NCBI GenBank assembly: GCA_951406725.2
Contig: OX597833.1
Coordinates: 33,170,001-33,234,000, forward strand
DNA from: Octopus vulgaris
Taxonomy: Eukaryota
Direction: 5' to 3'
Length of the DNA: 64,000 nucleotides
The notes beneath the pieces are model-generated. The model had not been told where the DNA came from and made no database searches. It was given only the letters and a program-made list of their open reading frames with translations. Positions 54,850-64,000 of this stretch are shown in pieces. How positions within the stretch are numbered: the first letter of the stretch is position 1; every line of letters begins with the position of its first letter. The position numbers and the translations under genes were made by a program.

Positions 54850-56350
54850 TCATTGTTGTTTGTGGTTTGCAAGCCCAAGTGAGAACATATATTGCAAATA
54901 AATCCCAATATGTTCCTACTCTTATTCTATACCAAATATTGAGATGGTATACACCAGCTGGCACTATGAAATAATTTGCTTTGATCGGAGCCTACCAGCT
55001 AATCATAATGTCTGATGAAGCTTGAGAAATACCAATAGTGAAAATTCCCCTGGGATTATTGCGTTGGACTCGTCTGCCAAACGGTATAAAAACAGCAGCA
55101 AGTGCTGTATTTCGATGTGCTATGGAAAATATCACTGATATAATAATTTATAAAGATGACAGTTGTATTGGCGGCCGCCCCATTGATGGCCTAGAGCAGA
55201 AACTCACTCGCTATGATGTGGTCATTAATAAAAAGAAGAGTGTCATTTTTGCAGAACAAAATTACCTTCATAGGACAGATCTCCAATCATGACAGTCAAC
55301 CAGACACTACGTTTGTGAAGAAGATATTAGATGTGAAGATCCCAGAGCGAAGGAAAGAATTCGAGTGACTAATTTTAATGCTTGATTTATTCCAATATAG
55401 TCTGAAAATTATGGACTTTCAAACCAAGAAAGGAAGAACTCCACATTTTCATGAAACTTGTTTGAAACGTTAATGAAAGATTTGACTAAACCAACCCTGC
55501 TACAGATATTTGATATAACGAATAATGTTGAATAATGACAGGTGCTTGTCGGGATTCAATATCTGGTGTACTGTCTCAGAAGGGGTACTCAGTCCTACAC
55601 TTAACATTATGTCTATCTCGAAAGAAGGCTTTGCCGATTGTCTTGAGTATGTAAGGAGGTTGTCACTTTTCATTACTACGACATAACACAAATTTTCCTA
55701 CAAGCTGTACATGATGACGTCCATAGCTCTAGCAATTAAAATAGACTACGACTAGAAGTATGATGACCTGGCTATTGTAATGATATTCAAAATTATGTTG
55801 GAAAATTTCCCTAAATCTACCAGGTTAAATCCATACAAAAAAATTGTTGAGCATGCTTGGTCAACTGAGGTAAACCTATGATCACGCGTACGTAACAGAT
55901 CACAGTTATAATCCTGACGTTGGTTTGTTATCAATTTTTTGTTGGCCAAAGGTTATCAGGATTTATGACGGATTAGCTAAAACGATGATCTATGGATTGA
56001 GAGCTATTTTTGCAAAGAATGTGTTTTCACGGGCGTTAACCATTTTATATACTGCCATACCATCTAGCTGCTAATGATCAAGTTGAAAGAATGGTGTCAA
56101 CTATGAAAATGATAATTAAAGCTTTTTTCTAAGCAATTCGGATTCTTTGATGCCTATTCATTGAAATTTTTTCTCATATACCCGTCGATTTCCCTTAGTG
56201 GAAGAAAAGAAACCGTTTCAGTATTAATGTTATGTCAGATAAGAATACCTTTAACATAGACTTTTGGTGTTGCGGTTCCTCCGTGTTATTACCATAAATC
56301 TGGTGCAATACTCGAAAGGTTCAAGTACCCTTTTCCTTGTTTTAGATTTT
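54850..56350 (+). mobile_element. Degraded Ty3/Gypsy pol remnant in the GPCR intron
   Basis: RT-like TRLPNGIKTAASAVF..IIIYKDD; integrase-like PYHLAANDQVERMVSTMK near 56055-56110. Confidence 0.65.
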
Positions 56351-56449
56351 AGAGACAAAAAATAAGAATTACCTGAAAATGCCTGAGGGACGTTACTACT
56401 GGTCTGTAATCTTACATGTTATAAATATATTTAATTCTTTCTGTTTTAG

Positions 56450-56839
56450 GTCCGGCGTTGTCATACCGACAGTAACCGGAAACTAACTCTAATGCTGCTT
56501 ACTCTCTCCTTCATGTTACTGTTGACAACACTTCCGCTGGCAGTCAGCTTAATTCTAGCTCATTTCTGGAACTTCAGCATGTCACGAGATTTGGCTTGGG
56601 CGGCGAAATACCAGCTGACCAAGACGATAGCTGAATTAATGATGTATCTCAACCATTCCATGAATTTTATATTGTATTGCACAATGGGACGTAAATTTCG
56701 TCAACAAGTTGTGCGGATGTTCTGTAATAAAAACAACATGACAAAAGGTTTATCAGATCATACACATCACATATACTGCTCCAGAAACTGTTCTCCACAG
56801 ATAAACACTTCACAGCAATGTCCCGACACAGAAATATAA
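56450..56839 (+). CDS. GPCR coding exon 2 (ICL3 end, TM6, TM7, C-tail)
   Basis: Acceptor TTTCTGTTTTAG at 56449, in frame: VRRCHTDSNRKLTLMLLTLSFMLLLTTLP...NHSMNFILYCTMGRKFR; spliced product 408 aa. Confidence 0.92.
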   Translation, partial: VRRCHTDSNRKLTLMLLTLSFMLLLTTLPLAVSLILAHFWNFSMSRDLAWAAKYQLTKTIAELMMYLNHSMNFILYCTMGRKFRQQVVRMFCNKNNMTKGLSDHTHHIYCSRNCSPQINTSQQCPDTEI

Positions 56840-57038
56840 TGCCCGACAGAGAGTTAGTTGTGAATCTCTTCAAACTCTTCTGATACATTGTGTATGCATA
56901 TTTCTGTATGCGTATATAAGCCATCACATATCCAAGAAATCAAAAGTTATCTACTGATATATATATATATATACATATATATATATTTATATATATATAT
57001 ATATATATAAATTTATATACATATATATATAAATATAG

Positions 57039-57176
<138 letters not shown>

Positions 57177-57248
57177 AAAATGTGTTGTTGAAAATGCACT
57201 TAAATTTCAAAAGCTCGTAAATGTTTAAAATACATTTATTTGCATATA

Positions 57249-57290
57249 TACCAAACTAGTTTCAACAATATCTTTTGTTTATCAATGGTA
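57249..57290 (-). ncRNA. Minimal hammerhead-like motif, U3-A8 core
   Basis: TACCA TTGATAA ACAA-AAGATA-TTGT T GAAA CTAG T T TGGTA. Confidence 0.6.
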
Positions 57291-57637
57291 AAAGTGTAAA
57301 ATTAGAAAAACATCGTTATAAGTTTCAATGTTGACAAAGGGGAAATTACTCAGTCGCTTCCGAAATCTCCCCTTTTTTTTGCTATTTTAATTCTCACACG
57401 TTTTTTTTTTTTCCAGTATGACTTATCGACCACCACTAAAATTAATGAACCTTATACATTCTAACATATTAATATACAGTTTTAATTTCAAACTTACACC
57501 TGTTTTGAACATGATAATTTATCAACATTTAAACATTTTAATTTAACAGCATTGAAACAATTCAGTTTGTCAACATTGAAACATTTTGATTTGTCAACAT
57601 TGAAACTTATAACGGTGTTTTTCTAATTTTACACTTT

Positions 57638-57679
57638 TACCATTGATAAACAAAAGATATTGTTGAAACTAGTTTGGTA
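57638..57679 (+). ncRNA. Minimal hammerhead-like motif, U3-A8 core (inverted arm)
   Basis: Same sequence as 57249-57290; palindromic ACTAGT. Confidence 0.6.
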
Positions 57680-57793
57680 TATATGCAAATAAATGTATTT
57701 TAAACATTTACGAGGTTTTGAAATTTAAGTGCATTTTCAACAACACATTTTCCTATATATATATGTATATATATATACATATATATATATAAC

Positions 57794-57879
<86 letters not shown>

Positions 57880-57907
57880 CATATATATATACATATATAT
57901 ATATAAC

Positions 57908-57965
<58 letters not shown>

Positions 57966-57970
<5 letters not shown>

Positions 57971-58533
57971 GTGTCTGAGAGACACAACCATGCCGAAATA
58001 GCAGTCAAATCCCTGGCTCTAAAAACCACCTTAAATGTTCATATCGCACCACGAGATAAGACAGAGGGACAGAATAGACTAGCAAAAATATATTACTGAA
58101 TAATTCAAGATCCTGGATTTCTAGCTTTGCTTCAAATAAGCTCTGCCTTCATCAGTTGAATATATCAGATGGGCATATAAATACAAATATATATATATAT
58201 ACAGAACACATACGAACGTCCATACATACATATATATGCACGTATGTACAAGGCCAGTTCAAATTGCCCGCCAACCACCTCATAAGCACGATATGGTCAG
58301 AATAAACACCGCATTGAATATAGTGACGAATTATATAAATTTATAAATAAGGATAATATCGATATTATCAAGTGGCCAGCATGGGAATAAATACCATACA
58401 AAGGTAATAATTTTTTACAACTATAAATAAGGCTGCCTGAGAGACACCACCATGCTGAAATAGCAGTCAAATTCCTGACTCTAAAAACCACCTTAAATGT
58501 TCATATCGCACCACGAGATAAGACAGAGGGACA
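57966..58533 (-). mobile_element. Hammerhead-bearing pLTR or retrozyme-like unit (462 bp, 106-bp redundancy)
   Basis: 57966-58071 repeats at 58428-58533; begins directly after (TA)n. Confidence 0.75.
58103..58161 (-). ncRNA. Type-I hammerhead motif, C3-G8 core, AUC site
   Basis: ATTCAA CTGATGA ...AGCTT-loop-AAGCT.. GAAA TCCAGGA TC TTGAAT; base of helix II imperfect. Confidence 0.7.
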
Positions 58534-58584
58534 CATAAACATACACACAAAAAAAACATATACATACATACATGCACGACTACA

Positions 58585-58628
<44 letters not shown>

Positions 58629-59026
58629 CACATATACATACATACACACACACATATATATATACCTACACACATACACACACATATACATACAAACATA
58701 CACATACATACATACATGCACATATAAATATGCACACACATAAATACGGATATACATGCACGCCTACACATGCACATACACATACACTTGTGCATACACA
58801 TATACAAATGCACACATATATATGTTATAATGAATTATCAAGTACCAGTAAACAAAAAAGTACAAATAAGTACAAACATACATAAAAACAACCTAATATT
58901 GAAGACCACCATGTGGATTCCTACAAAGACCTACAAGAAAAATAAATATATACGTACACACATACATATACACCCATATGCATGTACTCAGACGTACAAT
59001 AGGAGTATAGGGTTCAGTTTTATCTT

Positions 59027-60026
59027 CTAGATAGTAATCAAGCATAATGGTACAATTTTATACTTCTTCGTAATTTCTTTATGCAATAACTCATGGTATG
59101 TAAGAATGGCAATATTGTAAATGTTACTAGTTTTGTCAGAATGGGTTAATATACCATTCTTACCCTTAAGAGTTCTTATTAATTCCTTTAATTTTCTTTG
59201 GTACGGGTTGTTCCTCAATGGGTGGCTTTTAAATTTAATATTTCTGATGGTGTCCCATAAATCCTGCTCGAAGTTTTCCAGATGTTTGTTTGGTGGTGGT
59301 GATTTCCTTGATTTGAAGGTGTTTCCCGTTAGTTTAATTGCTTCCTCATAGTTACTCCTTGTTCCATTACTTCCTTCTTCTTGGTTCACTTTTCTTATAT
59401 TTTTTTCGTGGTGAAATACTTTCCATCTAATCCTGCGTATAAACTCGTTCATTCTGTAAATAAGCTCTTTAGTGTAGTGGTCCCTAGTTGGTATGGGTAC
59501 ACCTTTCATTGATGAATTGATCAGAATCTTCTCCATTTTACCAGCGGTATTCATCCTGTGGAATTGATATATTATACTTGGATGCACTCACTTATACTAT
59601 CAACACTTAAAGTATTGAATAGATACTCCATGCAAATTCCTCAGAAAATTAACTTAAAAGTACAAAGTGAGATAGGGGTTATGAGTGTAACCCACTATGG
59701 GATATCAGTTATCCAATAAACTGCCAGTGAAGTACCCAAAAGGATAATACATAAATGCTTACAATTGCAATGCAATTAGTTCATTTATTGTATTAGATGG
59801 GCGAAGTTGATGATTGAAAGGAATCTGTTCTTCCATTTTTTTATTTGTATTATGATTTGAGGTAAAACATTTTACCTTCGCCCATCTCATACAATCAATG
59901 AACTAATTGCATTGCAATTGTAAGCATTTATGTATTATCCTTTTGGGTACTTCACTGGCAGTATATTGGATAACAGATATCCCATAGTGGGTTACACTCA
60001 TAACCACTATCTCACTTTGTACTTTT
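59027..60026 (-). mobile_element. Penelope-like element 5' end: ORF N-terminus and inverted repeat
   Basis: SMKGVPIP..HYTKELIYRMNEFIRRIRWK..FKSRKSPP..LENFEQDL..SDKTSNIY; inverted repeat 59656-59806 vs 59876-60026. Confidence 0.8.
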
Positions 60027-60036
60027 ATATATATAT

Positions 60037-60119
<83 letters not shown>

Positions 60120-61649
60120 GGTATTTAAATATGAGCTACAAATAGTTTAATGTTGTAGAAACACAATAGTTCAACAGATTTATATATCGTGCTTTCTGGC
60201 TTTAAGCAATCCTTCACCTCATATTTAAAAACCGTGTGTACATACATACACACATGCATACATATATATATTGTGTGTGTGTATGTGTGTGTGTGTGTAA
60301 AGAAAAGAATAAATAGAGTCAGACGGAAGAGGGAGTGCGATTCGACAGCTGTTTAATGACCGCTACACATTTTTCGATACAACACAGATCAACATATATA
60401 CAGGATTTAAATTAAGTAACGGTTTACCTGTATAAGATCTAGTTGTATCTCCTCAGGTGATATGTAATCGCTCTCTCCGTAAGTAAATGTTTGATTTCGA
60501 TGCTATCACATCCAACTGGCTCTTTTGAATCTGACACTTTCAATCCACTCGCTGTGAGCGTGCCTCTACATGCTCAACATGAGCGGCATTTTTTCGTTGT
60601 CTGTTGACTTTGCTTCACATGTTAGGCAGCACATACTAAATTTTATTATTTCGCAAATACACTCACACACACGCTCACACACAGACACACACACACACAC
60701 TCTCACATACACACACATACATATATATACAAATTAAGATATAAACTCAGATTAGGCATTCATACTCATGCATTTATAAATTCGACTTAAAATGTGTATA
60801 CATATATTAATACATACCGACACATCTGAATTTTTTGTACTGAAATTAAGAGCGGTTAAGTGTTTCGATTAAAAGATCCATAGAGTTCGGTGTGTTTTTT
60901 TTTTAATATAAATGATATATAAGGTATATAGTACAGTTCGAGGAGGTTCACTTTCAACGACCATTTCTAAAATTCCTGTCCTGGTAGAAAAATTAATAAA
61001 TCTTACAAACTATGTGGACCTGACTTCATCAGAAAAGGTATCCTCATAAAATCACATTCTTGATACTTTTGATTCTTACAGAATAATGGATATATATAAA
61101 AAAGATTTTTTTCTTACTTATGCTAATGGGTAGAGAGCAAGGAATGGTGGAACAAGTACATTAACCTATAGAAATTTAATTCTGACTAAACACAGCGCAA
61201 TAAAATTTTCACTGTACTAAGAGCTAAAAGGTTTCAAGTTGCAGGCACTCTTCCAAATAATCCAATATGTTTTGTTCTATAATTTTTCAAAAAAGTGGAA
61301 TGGAATTTATGACTACATGAAGGAATCGCATCAGAGAATTTATTCATTATATTTAAACTATATGATCTAAGGATAATGTACTATTCACTTATACATAACT
61401 TGCATCTATTCGAAGTAGCAATATAAGGGGGAGAACCGCAATTATGGGCCAGGATAAAGAACAATCAGTGTTGCTCTCTCTCTTAGGTGGTGTATATATG
61501 AGGCGAGAGTTGTTGACATTCCTATTATTGTCTTTTTGTTTTATTGTTGTTGTTTTTTTGTTTTTGAGGGCTGGGTTGGCATGATCGGTGACTACCAAAA
61601 GTTGACCTGGATTAACATTATTAATTTCGATTTACTTAGATTTATTATT

Positions 61650-62480
61650 CTAGATTTGTTCTTGTTACCAGGGCCTACATTAGGTACGTTATTAGTGTTG
61701 GAGTCCTTATTCGATTGACGTTTTATTTTACTTCTATTTATGGAAGCTATAATAGATCCTATATTAAGAATTGCAGAGTAAGAGAATTTTATCGAATATT
61801 TATTTCAAATTGAGTAATACTTGTGGTGCTTTGAAAATTAGCCTTCAAGATCTTGAAAAACAATTTAGGCAAGGTCTTAACTCTAAAAGAAAAAGGAGGG
61901 GCAAACCAGATTACTTCGCATTTTCTTGAATTGGATTGTTGTCATGCTTGACTTTTCAGAATCAGGTTGTTTATACTTATAATATTTGTTACTAGGTTGT
62001 ATTCTACTAGGTATGACAGGATTGCCACATGACTTATTTAAATCTACGTTTGTGAAAACAGTGTTTGCGCTAATAGTTTTAGAGAAAGAGAGGAGATATA
62101 TTTGCTAATTTTCTTTTAAGTTTCGTGTGAGGTATGTAAGAAATTTGACCATTGAAACCACTTAGTTTCAGGGCATTATTGTAAACCGGGGCACGTTGAT
62201 TAAAAATCTCTTCATTAGCTGATAAATTTGAGATTCTAACGGAAATAGCTGTAACCTTGCAATTGATAGTCAATCTAGGATGGTTCGAGGAAACGTTAAT
62301 ATATTGCAGAGATTGATTAAGTTTTCGAAAAGGGTATTATAATCCAGTATTAAGATCCAATGTTACGTCAAAAATAATATTAAGATTAAAAAATCTAACA
62401 AAAATTTCCTAGGGGCTTTCTTTAACTTTTCTACCGCCGGTTTAGATCGTCCTACCTCGACAAACATTTATTCACTCTCT
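61650..62480 (-). mobile_element. Penelope-like element remnant (RT thumb/linker region)
   Basis: FDVTLDLNTG..YINVSSNHP..RISNLSANEEIFNQRAPVYNNALKLSGF; K.SYSAILNIGSII near 61760-61790. Confidence 0.75.
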
Positions 62481-63928
62481 TCACTGCTCTACCTTCACAT
62501 ATAAAAGACACTAACCATGCAATACACCTCTTCAACGCATTCTCTTTTCTACCTGGGTGAATCCAAACTCCTTTTCACGATGGACATTAAATCTTTGTAC
62601 ACAGTCATCCCTCACAATGACGGTCTCCTAACACTCAAACACTTCTTAGACCGTCGTTCTGTACTTGAACCCATCACTAATACACACCTCCGCCTAGCTG
62701 AGCTCTTCTTAACAGTCAATTGTTTTCCTTCTCTGGTGGATTCTATAAGCAGTTCAGTAGTGTTGCTATGGGCACCAGAATGGGCCCCAATTATACCAAC
62801 CTCTTTGTAAGTTATGTAGAGGGGCAAATCTTTGCTCACTTTCCTGGACCCATCCCAGAGCTTTATGGTCGTTACATTGACGACTGCATTGGCCCCACAA
62901 GCCTTAACAGACAACAGATCAACGATTTTATTTCTTTTGTTATCACCTTTCACCCAGCCTTGGAATTCACCGACACCATTTATAATACATCTGTTTGCTT
63001 TCTTGACATTACCGTCAAAATACACAATACCCACCTCTCCACCTATGTCTACTATAAACCTACTGACTCCCATTCCTACCTCCACTACTCTTCCTCTCGT
63101 CTTAAATATATAAAAGCTGCTATGCCTTTCTCTCAATTTCTTTGACTTCGATGACTTTGCAGCTTCCATTCGGATTTCGAATCCCATTGCAAATCGAGGG
63201 TATCCTCGGCACTCAACCGAGCTCAAGCCATCAACCGCACAGCAGCTCTCCTACCATCTTCACGCACTTCCACCGACCGTTTCCCACTTTCTCTCACCTA
63301 CCACCCCCATCCTCCCTCTGAAGCACAAACTCACCCACAACTTTCGCATTCTTCTTTCTGACCCAACAACCGCCCCTTTCTTTTCCACACCACTTCTTAG
63401 GAGATTTCTAAGGCTCTTAAGAGTCTTAGAAATCTCTTTGTTATAAGCTTCACATCTCACAGCTCCGCACAACCAGGAACCTTTAAATGTTCTCGCCGAC
63501 GATATAACACATGCCCCTACATCAACAATATTACCACCATCATGGGGCCCAAGAAGCAATATCACATAACACACCCCTTCTTTTGCACTTCGGCGAATCT
63601 CATATATTATATTGTATGCAAATTCTGCGGTTCTGGGAACCGTTTTCGCGAACACATCAGAAGCATAAGGCTTCGTATGCCAGGCCAACCTGTCGCCACC
63701 CACTTTAACACTGTGAATCACTGTATCAGATTTATCAGTGTGTGGTATGGCCTGGCACCACGGATCCCCCCTTCTCTAGGAAACGAAAGGAGCAACGTTT
63801 CATATTTGATCTTGGCACTATGTTCCCAACAGGTATGAATGAACACATTTCCTTTCATCCTTACACCTCCTATTAATTTTTTTAGCCTTTTTAATCCTCC
63901 TTCCACACTCCCTCAGCAACATTCCCTA
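62481..63928 (+). mobile_element. Penelope-like element, RT and GIY-YIG, frameshifted
   Basis: FTMDIKSLYTVIPH, VAMGTRMGPNYTNLFV, RYIDD, FLDITV, VYYKPTDSHSYLHYSS, FCTSANLIYYIVC..NRFREH..PVATHFN. Confidence 0.9.
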
Positions 63929-63930
63929 CA

Positions 63931-63966
<36 letters not shown>

Positions 63967-64000
63967 TGTATGTATGTATGTATGTATGTATGTATGTATG

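Noticed and set aside
55008-55040. CTGATGA...GAAA hammerhead candidate (also CTGATGA at about 17151, 25954 and 32462)
   Set aside because: No helix I or II pairing, or no correctly placed GAAA and UH

Overview
AT-rich, microsatellite-dense animal genomic DNA. The SINE families and (TA)n/(CA)n/(ATT)n load suggest an octopus or other coleoid cephalopod (inference). One host gene is supported: a two-coding-exon rhodopsin-class peptide-receptor-like GPCR (50159-50995 + 56450-56839, 408 aa). The rest is mostly decayed mobile DNA: two Tx1/L1-type LINEs, CR1/L2 and RTE remnants, R4/Dong-like elements in (TAA)n, Ty3/Gypsy fragments, several Penelope-like elements, tRNA-derived SINEs, a non-autonomous Helitron, a DNA-transposase remnant and a 5S rRNA pseudogene. 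The main unannotated signal is at least seven sequence-unrelated families of minimal type-I hammerhead ribozyme motifs (12 copies), folded by eye. All have a palindromic or near-palindromic helix III. Their cores show compensatory 3-8 base pairs (C3-G8, U3-A8, G3-C8). They sit in Penelope pseudo-LTRs or in ORF-less tandem or fold-back elements, mostly beside (TA)n. One family carries a tRNA-like Pol III head upstream of the ribozyme.
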